Notes: generated from the letters alone by a model not told the origin. A DNA stretch of 32,762 bases from Candidatus Nanoarchaeia archaeon (GCA_030745695.1 JASLOB010000022.1:1-32762); one strand, 5' to 3'. Positions 19,087 to 27,896 are shown, counted from the stretch's first letter. Translations and numbers: made by a program.

Positions 19087-19616
19087 TTAAGCTTTTCTAC
19101 AATAATTCTGAATCTTTCTAGAACATTCTTTAGAAGATAATTTTGAAGTATTGATGATTAAACTTCTTTTATAAGGATAAACTAATTCATCATCATATTT
19201 TTTTAGCCATTCCATCAACTTTTTATTAGTTGTTATTTTATCAAATTTTTTCCTAGATTTGTTATATGCTCTTTTATTCAATTTATTAAAATCACAATTA
19301 AGTTTGATAAGATAAACTTTTCCTTTATTTTCTTCTACAATCTTAATAACTTTTTTTATAAGCTCATTCTCTTGACTGTATATGCTAATGTGATTATTAG
19401 TCCATTAACATTTTCTTTAACAGCTTCTTTTATCAAATCTAATCTTATTTTTTTACAAAAAGACCAAAATAATTTTGATTTAGAATCAAGAATTGAAGAT
19501 ACTAAATCTATTACTAAATGATTATGAAACAATTTATATCTTGTTATTTTTTCTATTTTTTTAGCAATAGTTAATTTTCCTGATGCGGGAGGTCCATAAA
19601 TTAATAATAATTTCAT
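19087..19616 (-). pseudogene. Frameshifted P-loop nucleotide/shikimate-kinase-like (AAA_33-type) gene
   Basis: 5' part MKLLLIYGPPASGKLT...FHNH ends at 19356. The -1 frame from about 19378 continues SQENELIKKVIKIVEENKGKVYLIKLNCDFNKLNKRAYNKSRKKFDKI...INTSKLS to 19087. Confidence 0.75.
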
Positions 19617-19725
19617 AAAATATTAATATAAACAGTATTTTTAAATTTATATAATTGATTTTTTCTTCAAAATAACACTCTATTAAACAGACACATTTAA
19701 ATACCATTTTTTTATTAGCTAAAGA

Positions 19726-20094
19726 ATGGATAAAATAGTAATTGGCGTCATAGAAAAAGTAAAAATTAAAGGTAAAACTACAATAGAAATGCTGGCTAAG
19801 ATAGATACTGGAGCCCAACATAACTCAATTAGTATGAAATTAGCATCAGAACTTAAATTAGGCCCAGTAGTAAGAACAGCTATAATTAAGAACGCGCATG
19901 GAAAAGCAGTTCGTCCAGTAGTAAAAGCAGTTATAGAAATAAAAGGGGAAAAAATAGAATCAGAGTTTAACTTATCAAATAGAGAAAATATGAAATATCC
20001 TATATTAATTGGAATGAGTGTGTTAAAAAATGGATTTTTAATAGATCCTTCTCAAGATAATTCAAAAGATGAAACTAGCAATAATAAGTCTTAA
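19726..20094 (+). CDS. RimK-associated retropepsin-like protease (RimB-like / 'ATP-dependent Zn protease' family)
   Basis: IGVIEKV, AKIDTGA, RPVV, LSNRENMKYPILIG; overlaps rimK. Confidence 0.87.
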   Translation: MDKIVIGVIEKVKIKGKTTIEMLAKIDTGAQHNSISMKLASELKLGPVVRTAIIKNAHGKAVRPVVKAVIEIKGEKIESEFNLSNRENMKYPILIGMSVLKNGFLIDPSQDNSKDETSNNKS

Positions 20095-21133
20095 AGGAGA
20101 AAGTAGTTCTAAGATAGCAGATGAAGCTAAAGAATTGTTTAAAGTAGTTGATAGATTAGACATTAGAAAGATAGAAGTCCATGCTACCTCAAAAGGATTA
20201 AATGTTTTGTATGAAGGAAAATCTATAGAAAAATATGATTGTATCTATGTAAGAGGGTCTCATAAATATTTATTGTTACAAAGAACACTAACAGAAGCTC
20301 TAAATAAAGAAGCTTATATGCCAATACAACCAAGTGCTTTTACTATAGGTCATGATAAATTCTTAACATTAGCTGAATTACAAAAAAATAAAGTACCAAT
20401 TCCAACTACATATTTAGCAGCAACTGTAGGTAGTGCAAAAAAAATATTATCAAAAATAAATTTTCCAATTATTATGAAATTATCTTCAGGAACACAAGGA
20501 AAAGGAGTTATGTCTGCTGATTCTCTACAATCTGCTAATTCTATATTAGATACATTAGAAGTTTTCAAACAACCATACATAATTGAAGAATACATAGAGA
20601 CAAATGCAACAGACATTAGATTAATAGTAGCAGGAGATAAAATAATTGGGGCAATGAAAAGAAAAGCTACTTCTGAAGAGATGAGAGCTAATATACATAT
20701 GGGTGCTATTGGATCTAATTTTGTTCCTAGTCTAGAGATTGAAGAAATCTCACTTAAAGCTGCAAAAGCAATAAAATCAGATATATGTGCTGTTGATATA
20801 CTAGAAGGATTAAAACCAATGGTAATAGAAGTAAATTTATCTCCAGGGTTAGAAGGAATAACAAAAGCAACTGGAAAGAACATTCCAAAGTTAATAGCTA
20901 AATTTTTATATGAAAAAACTAAAAAATTTAAATCTTCTAAAACAACTAAAGATTATAATGATGTATTAAAAGAGATAGATAATGGAAAAGAAATTATAAC
21001 TAACTTAAACATAAAAACTGGTAAGATAAGGCTCCCTGAAATCATAACTAAAACAACAAGGTTTAAAGATGATGATGAAGTCTCAATAAGTATAGATAAA
21101 GGTAAAATTATTGTGAAAAAAATCAATGATTAA
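20069..21133 (+). CDS. rimK: RimK-family ATP-grasp ligase with C-terminal AbrB/SpoVT-like extension
   Basis: HDKFLT, PIPTT, KLSSGTQGKGV, EEYIE, DIRL, RANIHMG, AVDIL, IEVNLSPGLEGI. Confidence 0.88.
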   Translation: MKLAIISLKGESSSKIADEAKELFKVVDRLDIRKIEVHATSKGLNVLYEGKSIEKYDCIYVRGSHKYLLLQRTLTEALNKEAYMPIQPSAFTIGHDKFLTLAELQKNKVPIPTTYLAATVGSAKKILSKINFPIIMKLSSGTQGKGVMSADSLQSANSILDTLEVFKQPYIIEEYIETNATDIRLIVAGDKIIGAMKRKATSEEMRANIHMGAIGSNFVPSLEIEEISLKAAKAIKSDICAVDILEGLKPMVIEVNLSPGLEGITKATGKNIPKLIAKFLYEKTKKFKSSKTTKDYNDVLKEIDNGKEIITNLNIKTGKIRLPEIITKTTRFKDDDEVSISIDKGKIIVKKIND

Positions 21134-21165
21134 TCTTATATATTTTTCTCTTATATATTCTAGAC

Positions 21166-21690
21166 ATGATAAAATACATATTGATGACGTTATTAATGAG
21201 TTCTTTAGTTAGTGCTACTACTGAAACTATTAATTTGGATATTGGTGAAAGTTTTGTAATAAGAGATAAAAACATCACTTTAGTTAATATTAATGAAGAT
21301 GATGAAAAAGTGGTAGTTTGTGTAAATAATAAAAGAGCAATAGTTGAAGATAATGAAGGTGAGAAATTAGTTAATGGAGTTTATGTTGAAGTTAAAAGCG
21401 TAGATAGAGAAGATGCTAGACTAAAAATAGAGAGAGATTGTGATGACAATGATTGTGAATGTGAAAGTGATTGTAGTAATAATTTATGTGTTACTAAGAA
21501 AGAAGGGACAACACAAGAAACTCAAAATATTGAAGAGATTAAAGATATAAAAGATAATATTAATCAAGAAGATGAAGAAATAATAGTAATAAGAAACACT
21601 CAATCTCAATCTAATAATGGATTATTAATTTTAGGAATATTCATTCTTTTAGTGATTATTATCTTTATAATTATAAAAAGAAAAAAATAA
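21166..21690 (+). CDS. Secreted protein with Cys cluster and C-terminal membrane anchor
   Basis: Signal peptide, CDDNDCECESDCSNNLC, C-terminal TM followed by KRKK. Confidence 0.72.
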   Translation: MIKYILMTLLMSSLVSATTETINLDIGESFVIRDKNITLVNINEDDEKVVVCVNNKRAIVEDNEGEKLVNGVYVEVKSVDREDARLKIERDCDDNDCECESDCSNNLCVTKKEGTTQETQNIEEIKDIKDNINQEDEEIIVIRNTQSQSNNGLLILGIFILLVIIIFIIIKRKK

Positions 21691-21978
21691 TTATTTTTTT
21701 TCTAACTTTCTTTTATATGTTTCTGCATGTTCTTCACTACAGAATCTATAGAGCTCACCCTTAAGTTCTTCTTCAATAAAATCATCTGATAAAATTTTCA
21801 AACATAAAGAACATTTAGCTAGTCTATCACCTGCATCATAACCTTGCATAAATCCTTGTTCTACTTCATCTATCTCATCATCTTCAATAGATTCTTCTCT
21901 TCCTTCTTCAGAATACACATCTCTTAGCTCTTTATCTTCGTTTTCAACTGTTTCTTCAATAAATTCTTCTTCTTCCAT
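21691..21978 (-). CDS. Small acidic protein with C-terminal TRASH/YHS-like metal-binding motif
   Basis: Very Glu/Asp-rich N-terminus, EQGFMQGY, CSLC...YRFCSEEH. Confidence 0.75.
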   Translation of the reverse strand: MEEEEFIEETVENEDKELRDVYSEEGREESIEDDEIDEVEQGFMQGYDAGDRLAKCSLCLKILSDDFIEEELKGELYRFCSEEHAETYKRKLEKK

Positions 21979-22030
21979 AAAAAATGAATTATCAAAATAT
22001 TTAAAAAGATTTTTATTCTTAATAGATTAT

Positions 22031-22735
22031 ATGAACATTGCAATATTATTTAGTGGTGGAAAGGATTCAATTAATGCAGTCCAATTAGCAAAACAAAAAG
22101 GTTGGAATATTAAATATTTATTATCTGTTAAGCCAAGTAGAACAGATTGTTACTTATTTCATTTCGCTACAGTAGAACACACAAAAGAAATTGCTAAAAT
22201 TTTAGGTTATAGCCATATCTTAGTTGATTGTGATGTAGCTGATCCTCAAAAAGAAGCAGATATTGTTAAAGAAGTTGTAACTAAAAATCCGGTTGATGCT
22301 GTTGTTTTAGGAGGTATTGGATTACAAGAAACTCAACTAAAAGTTATTAGAGATACTTTATTTCCATTAGGTATTGAAGTATTTGCTTCCCATAAAGATG
22401 AAAATCACGAATCTTTAATGAGAAAACTAATAAAAGATAACTATGAGATCATAATAACTCAAGTAGCTTCAGATGGAATGAGTAAATGGTTAGGTAAAAA
22501 ATTAACAAAAGATAACTTTGAAGAACTAAAAAAAGATTCAATTAAGTATGGATTTCATGTTGGATTTGAGGGTGGATATGCTGACACATTTGTTGTTAAT
22601 GGTCCTATATTCAAAAAAAGATTTGAAGTTTTAGACACTGAAAAAGTTATGGATACTGAAGAAAGTGGTTATGTAATCATTAAAGATTATATAATTAAAG
22701 ATAAAAAAAGTAGAATAACTCAAATTTCTAAATAA
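22031..22735 (+). CDS. dph6: Diphthine--ammonia ligase (Dph6 / DUF71 PP-loop ATPase family)
   Basis: LFSGGKDS, YLFH, WLGKKL, GFEGGYADTFV. Confidence 0.82.
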   Translation: MNIAILFSGGKDSINAVQLAKQKGWNIKYLLSVKPSRTDCYLFHFATVEHTKEIAKILGYSHILVDCDVADPQKEADIVKEVVTKNPVDAVVLGGIGLQETQLKVIRDTLFPLGIEVFASHKDENHESLMRKLIKDNYEIIITQVASDGMSKWLGKKLTKDNFEELKKDSIKYGFHVGFEGGYADTFVVNGPIFKKRFEVLDTEKVMDTEESGYVIIKDYIIKDKKSRITQISK

Positions 22736-24037
22736 TCAATCCTCAACAATTGATAAACTAGGATCTTCTAAATATTTTTTTAGTTCATTCATAAATCTAG
22801 ATGTGGTTGCACCATCAAATATTCTATGATCAAATGTAACAGATATTGGTAGAATTTTTCTTATTACTATTTTTCCATCTACTACTCTAGGAATATCTTT
22901 AGCTCTTCCTAATCCTAAAATAGCTGCTTCAGGATAATTAACAATAGGGGTTCCATAACTCCCACCTATACTTCCATAATTTGTTATTGTAAATGTTCCA
23001 CCTTTTAAATCTCCTAAATCAACTTTTCTTTCTTTTGTTTTGTCAGCTAACTCTTTTATTTCTTTAGCTAAATCTAATATTCCTTTTTGATCAACCCCTT
23101 TTACTACAGGAACAATCAATCCATTTTCAGTATCAACTGCTATCCCAAAATTATAATATTTTTTTATGATAATCTCTTCTCCTTGTATTGAAGAATTAAC
23201 TATAGGATATGACTTTATTGCATGTATTAATGCTTTTATTATATATGGCAAGAAAGTTAGTTTAATCCCTTTTTTCTCTGCTACTTCTTTTTGTACTTTT
23301 CTTACATCACTTAATTCAGTAATGTCTATTTCATCCATGGAAGTAACATGGGCAACTTCATTAACTGCCCTCATCATATTATCAGCAATAGTTTTTCTTA
23401 TTCCTTTTAATGGAATTCTATCTACATAGCCATATAAATCATATTTCTTTGTAACTTTAATCTCTTTTTTCTCTTCAATCTCTACTGGAACTTCTCCTTT
23501 AGATGCTTTTTTGATATCTTCTTCTACAACTCTTCCACCTTGTCCAGTTCCTTCTAAAGTAGAAATATCAACATTTAATTCTTTAGCTAATTTTCTTATA
23601 GAAGGTGTTGCTAAAACTTTCTTTTTTTCTTTTGTTTCTTTTTTTGTTTCTTCAACTTTAAATTCTTCATCTGATTCTTCTAAATCTCCAACAACAGAGG
23701 TAGTCTTTCTTTTTTCTTTCTTAGGCTCTTCTTTTATTTCTTCTTTTACTTCCTTCTTTTCTTCAATTTTTTTCTCTTTAGTTTCTTCAACTTTCTCTCC
23801 TTCTTCCCCTATTACAGCTAATGTTTCTCCAACTTTAACAGTTTCTCCTTCTTTAAAGTTTAATTTTAAAATTTTACCAGATTTAGGACTTGGAATATCC
23901 ACAACAGCTTTATCAGTCTCAACTTTAGCTATTGGATCATGTTCTTTTATATCATCCCCTTCTTTAACAATCCATTCTACTAATTCACCTTCAGCTATTC
24001 CTTCACCAACATCTGGAAACTTAAACTCATATGCCAT
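22736..24037 (-). CDS. pdhC: 2-oxoacid dehydrogenase E2, dihydrolipoamide acyltransferase
   Basis: Lipoyl domain (PDVGEG...VETDKA), peripheral subunit-binding domain (ATPSIRKLAKE...GTGQGGRV), catalytic TFDHRIFDG. Start set at ATG 24037 after a GAGGT RBS. Confidence 0.94.
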   Translation of the reverse strand: MAYEFKFPDVGEGIAEGELVEWIVKEGDDIKEHDPIAKVETDKAVVDIPSPKSGKILKLNFKEGETVKVGETLAVIGEEGEKVEETKEKKIEEKKEVKEEIKEEPKKEKRKTTSVVGDLEESDEEFKVEETKKETKEKKKVLATPSIRKLAKELNVDISTLEGTGQGGRVVEEDIKKASKGEVPVEIEEKKEIKVTKKYDLYGYVDRIPLKGIRKTIADNMMRAVNEVAHVTSMDEIDITELSDVRKVQKEVAEKKGIKLTFLPYIIKALIHAIKSYPIVNSSIQGEEIIIKKYYNFGIAVDTENGLIVPVVKGVDQKGILDLAKEIKELADKTKERKVDLGDLKGGTFTITNYGSIGGSYGTPIVNYPEAAILGLGRAKDIPRVVDGKIVIRKILPISVTFDHRIFDGATTSRFMNELKKYLEDPSLSIVED

Positions 24038-24755
24038 GATAATCGACCTCTTTTTTATTGAATACTTCAGCAAATCTATAAACCAATTTATCTTTAACTT
24101 CTTGTAAAACTAATTCTCTACCTAAAATTGTTTGCATACTAATAGGTGGAGTTTTACTTACTGGAAATCCACAAGGATCTATTAATTCAGTGTAAGGAAT
24201 ATTATGAGAATTATTAACATTTAATGCAAATCCATGATGGGTATAAATCCATTCTCCTCTAGTTTCAGTTCCTATACCTTTAGTACAAAGGACTTTGTAT
24301 TTACCATCTTGATTATACCATGTTGCCCTATATGGTTTATCAGTTTTTGGATTCATAGTATCTACTCTTGTGATTAGAATGTTAAAATCTTTAGCAGTTC
24401 TTATCATAACTTCTTCAAAAGATATCATAAGTTCACGTATACTAGGTCGTCTCCATTTCATTATCGTATATCCAACAATTTGACCAGGACCTAAAAAAGC
24501 TGCTCCACCCCCTCTCTCAGTTTTCTCATGAAAATCTATATTATACTTACTTAATTCAGCCTTATCAACTTTTAATTTATTCCATCCATTATTACTTATT
24601 CCAAATGTAATTGTTGGTGGATGTTCCACTAATATTAAAGTATCAGATGTTTCTCCATCTATTCTTCTTTGAAGTTCTTTTTTTTGTCGTTCCCATGATT
24701 CTTCATAAGATATATTCCCTAAATCTATCACATCTAATCTATTTTCCAAATTCAT
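24027..24755 (-). CDS. lipB: Lipoyl(octanoyl) transferase, LipB-like (divergent)
   Basis: DLGNISYEESW, LVEHPPTIT, ERGGGAAFLGPGQIVGY, HGFALNV, IDPCG. Start set at ATG 24755 after AGGTG/GAGG. Confidence 0.85.
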   Translation of the reverse strand: MNLENRLDVIDLGNISYEESWERQKKELQRRIDGETSDTLILVEHPPTITFGISNNGWNKLKVDKAELSKYNIDFHEKTERGGGAAFLGPGQIVGYTIMKWRRPSIRELMISFEEVMIRTAKDFNILITRVDTMNPKTDKPYRATWYNQDGKYKVLCTKGIGTETRGEWIYTHHGFALNVNNSHNIPYTELIDPCGFPVSKTPPISMQTILGRELVLQEVKDKLVYRFAEVFNKKEVDYHGI

Positions 24756-24816
24756 TCCCTCACACCTAATAATATACAATAAAAACTTTTTTAAGTATAA
24801 AAATGTTATCTTAAAC

Positions 24817-25248
24817 ATGCCTGATTTTAAAACACATTATGCAACTATAATGATAACTTTACTTTTTGTATTAGGATTCTTTTGGTTTTTACAAAATCCG
24901 AGAAGTTTAGAAACAGATAGTGGATTAGAAGATATTACTGGAATGGATATTTCTGAAATTTTGTTAGATAGTATAACTTCTTCTAAAGAAGATAATAATG
25001 AGATTATGAAGAATGCTGAAAGGATAGTCTTTGATTATTTGATTAGTAATAATATAGATGGAGATATTCAAAAATCTTCTAAAGAAGATGAATTGTTTAG
25101 AATAGAAGTAGATCTATTTAATTCTGAATTTGATGTTGTATTTGATTTAGATAGTGGTGGAAATATAAAATGTTTTCAAAGATTCAATGATAAAAAATGT
25201 TATGATAACTTCGATGATCTTAACATAAGATTTTTATCTATGTCCTAA
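24817..25248 (+). CDS. Hypothetical N-terminally anchored membrane protein
   Basis: 143 aa, one N-terminal TM followed by GLEDITGM and an acidic domain. Confidence 0.7.
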   Translation: MPDFKTHYATIMITLLFVLGFFWFLQNPRSLETDSGLEDITGMDISEILLDSITSSKEDNNEIMKNAERIVFDYLISNNIDGDIQKSSKEDELFRIEVDLFNSEFDVVFDLDSGGNIKCFQRFNDKKCYDNFDDLNIRFLSMS

Positions 25249-25344
25249 ATTTACATTCTTTTCACTTGACTAAACACATTTATATAATATAAAATCTTAG
25301 ATATTTTATCAATAAAATCAATTCTAACACATAAACTTAAGACA

Positions 25345-25524
25345 ATGGAAATCGAAGCCTCCACCTCTTCAATAATAAGTCATATAGAAGAGATTGTAGC
25401 TCTTCTAGAAAGAAACCCAAATGCTACAGAAGGAGATCGTATTTATGTTGAAACTCAAATTAAAAATCTTCCTGAGAGACTACAGGGAGAATATTTAGAA
25501 AGAGTTGAGGTAATAACATATTAA
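25345..25524 (+). CDS. Small hypothetical protein (59 aa)
   Basis: Manual translation MEIEASTSSIISHIEEIVALLERNPNATEGDRIYVETQIKNLPERLQGEYLERVEVITY*. Fills the gap, and its stop overlaps the pdhB stop. Confidence 0.55.
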   Translation: MEIEASTSSIISHIEEIVALLERNPNATEGDRIYVETQIKNLPERLQGEYLERVEVITY

Positions 25525-26483
25525 AAACTCATAACTTTATCTATAGCTTTTTTTATTCTATCAATATTTGGCATGTAATACTTTTCTAATTTAGGAAGAG
25601 GGACTACAATATCGTATCCAGTTACTCTTTGTATAGGTGCTTCTAAACTTAATAATTCTTTTTCATTTATTAAGGCTATTATCTCAGAAGCTAATCCTAA
25701 AGTCTTTGGGGCTTCATGAACAATAATACATCTTCCTGTCCTAGAAACAGAATTTAAGATAGCTTTAGTGTCTAATGGCTTTAATGTTCTTAAATCAATT
25801 ACTTCTATATTATATTTAGAATCTTTAATTGCTTTTAGTGTTTCTCTAACCCAAGATCCATAAGTTATAATTGTTAAGTCTTCTCCTTGTTTAATTATAT
25901 TAGCTTTTCCTAATGGAATTGTATATTCTTTTTCTGGAACTTCTTCTTTAAATGCTCTATAAATTTTCTTAGGTTCAAAAAATATAACAGGATCAGGGTC
26001 TCTTATTGCACTTATTAATAATCCTTTAGCATCATAAGGTCTAGAAGGAATCACAACTTTTAATCCAGGTGTGTGTATAAAATAAGTTTCTGGAGAATCT
26101 GAATGATGTTCTAATGCTTTAATGCCTCCACCAAAAGGACTTCTTACTACAAGTGGAACATTAAACATTCCTCTTGATCTATTTCTGATTCTAGAAGCAT
26201 GACTTATTATTTGATCTAAAGCAGGCATTAAAAATCCTTCAAATTGTATTTCTGGAATTGGTTTTAATCCATTTAATGCTAACCCTATAGATGATCCAAC
26301 AATACCTGATTCAGCTAAAGGGGTATCAAAAACTCTATCTTTATATTTTTGAAACAATCCTTCTGTAACTCTAAAAACCCCTCCATCTATGCCTACATCC
26401 TCTCCTAATAGAACAATAGACTTATCTTTCTCCATTTCTTGGCTTAATGCCATATTTATTGCTTGAACTAAATTAGCTTTCAT
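25521..26483 (-). CDS. pdhB: 2-oxoacid (pyruvate) dehydrogenase E1 beta
   Basis: GEDVG..GGVFRVT, DTPLAESGI, EIQFEGF, EHHS, PGLKVV, DLRTLKPLD. Confidence 0.95.
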   Translation of the reverse strand: MKANLVQAINMALSQEMEKDKSIVLLGEDVGIDGGVFRVTEGLFQKYKDRVFDTPLAESGIVGSSIGLALNGLKPIPEIQFEGFLMPALDQIISHASRIRNRSRGMFNVPLVVRSPFGGGIKALEHHSDSPETYFIHTPGLKVVIPSRPYDAKGLLISAIRDPDPVIFFEPKKIYRAFKEEVPEKEYTIPLGKANIIKQGEDLTIITYGSWVRETLKAIKDSKYNIEVIDLRTLKPLDTKAILNSVSRTGRCIIVHEAPKTLGLASEIIALINEKELLSLEAPIQRVTGYDIVVPLPKLEKYYMPNIDRIKKAIDKVMSF

Positions 26484-27532
26484 TTTTCATTTTGTTGTTC
26501 TTTTAGATTATCAGTTAATTCTGAATACATATAATTGAATATTTCTTCTCTCTTTGGAGCTTCTAAAGATTCCATTTTTTTAACAGCTTCATCAATCTCT
26601 TCATTAAACTTTTTATCTAATTCATCTTCATAATCTTGAGCCCATAATTTTTTACTAGACATATAGTTTCTTAACCTATCAATAGGATCTTTTTTCTTCC
26701 ATTGATTAACCTCTCTATCTGTTCTATATTTTTTAGAATCATCAGATGTAGTATGATCTCCTCTTCTATAAGTTAAAGCTTCAATTAATGTAGGCTTGCC
26801 TTTCTTTGCTCTTTCTAAAGCTTCTTTTGTTGCCCTATACATTGCAAAAACATCATTACCATCTACTCTTATTCCATACATCCCATAAGCAATTGCTTTT
26901 TGTGCGATAGTTTGTGCTTTAGTTTGTTTGTTAACAGGAAGAGAGATAGCATATTGATTATTTTGACAAATAAAAACTAAAGGAACTTCAAAAACAGAAG
27001 CAAAATTCATAGCTTCATGAAAATCTCCTTCTGATGTTGCTCCATCTCCAAAATAAGTTATAACTGCTCTTGATTCTTTTTTTATTTTACAAGCCCAGGA
27101 ATAACCCATGGCATGTAACATATGTGAACCAACAGGAATAGAAACTGTAAAAATATTAGCATCTTTAGTAAATTTCATACCTCTTTCATCACCTTTCCAA
27201 TAAGCTAAGTATTGATCTATAGGAATGTTTCTTGATAAATAAACCCCTTGTTCTCTAAAACTTGGAAAAACAAAATCTTCTTTTCCTAAAGCAAAAGCAC
27301 TTCCAATATGTGTTGCTTCTTGTCCTAAACAAGATGCATAAGTTCCTAAACGACCTTCTCTTTGTAATTTCAAAGCTTTCTCATCAAGTATTCTTGTTAA
27401 TTTCATTAACTCAAACATTTTTTTAATATTTTCACCATTTAACTTTGGCATTAATTTAGAATCAACTTTTCCTTTCTCATCTAATACACTTAGAAATTCT
27501 ACATTAAATTGATGTATCACCTCTTTAGGCAT
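26480..27532 (-). CDS. pdhA: 2-oxoacid (pyruvate) dehydrogenase E1 alpha
   Basis: GQEA, TPP motif GDGATSEGDFHEAMN...QNNQYAIS, VDGND, YRRGDHTTSDD. Confidence 0.95.
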   Translation of the reverse strand: MPKEVIHQFNVEFLSVLDEKGKVDSKLMPKLNGENIKKMFELMKLTRILDEKALKLQREGRLGTYASCLGQEATHIGSAFALGKEDFVFPSFREQGVYLSRNIPIDQYLAYWKGDERGMKFTKDANIFTVSIPVGSHMLHAMGYSWACKIKKESRAVITYFGDGATSEGDFHEAMNFASVFEVPLVFICQNNQYAISLPVNKQTKAQTIAQKAIAYGMYGIRVDGNDVFAMYRATKEALERAKKGKPTLIEALTYRRGDHTTSDDSKKYRTDREVNQWKKKDPIDRLRNYMSSKKLWAQDYEDELDKKFNEEIDEAVKKMESLEAPKREEIFNYMYSELTDNLKEQQNEK

Positions 27533-27533
27533 T

Positions 27534-27791
27534 TTATTTAGAAGCCCATTTCTTTAGTTCTTCATAACTAACTGAACCACATATCCACTTTTTATTCTCT
27601 TCATTAAAGAAAAAAGGAACACCACCACACTTTCCATTATCTAATGCTTCCATATTTTTTTTATTTGTTTCATTGTGCCACACTTCTAATACTTTAACTT
27701 TAACTTTTGTCTCTTTTTCTAATTTTTTAACTAATGGATCCATCTCATGACAATGTGGACATTCTTTACCTGTAAACATGATTAAAGCCAT
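27534..27791 (-). CDS. Thioredoxin/glutaredoxin-like protein
   Basis: CPHC active site, GGVPFF cis-Pro motif. Start ATG 27791 after GAGGTGA; stop 1 nt before the pdhA ATG. Confidence 0.88.
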   Translation of the reverse strand: MALIMFTGKECPHCHEMDPLVKKLEKETKVKVKVLEVWHNETNKKNMEALDNGKCGGVPFFFNEENKKWICGSVSYEELKKWASK

Positions 27792-27896
27792 ATTTATCAC
27801 CTCTTATCTTTTTTAATAATATAATTTGCTTGTTTTTAAATTTAATGCTTAACATTAACAAAACCTATATAAATAAAGATATACAATTAATTATTA

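Noticed and set aside
20350-20883. 177-aa minus-strand ORF
   Set aside because: Antisense shadow of rimK with no motifs.
20069-21690. ATP-grasp RiPP (graspetide) cluster with the downstream Cys/Asp-rich ORF as precursor
   Set aside because: The ligase has RimK-type motifs and a RimB-like partner; the downstream protein has a signal peptide and TM anchor and no repeated core motifs.
23511-24107. 198-aa plus-strand ORF
   Set aside because: Antisense shadow of pdhC; its Ser/Phe richness mirrors the Glu/Lys codons of the real gene.
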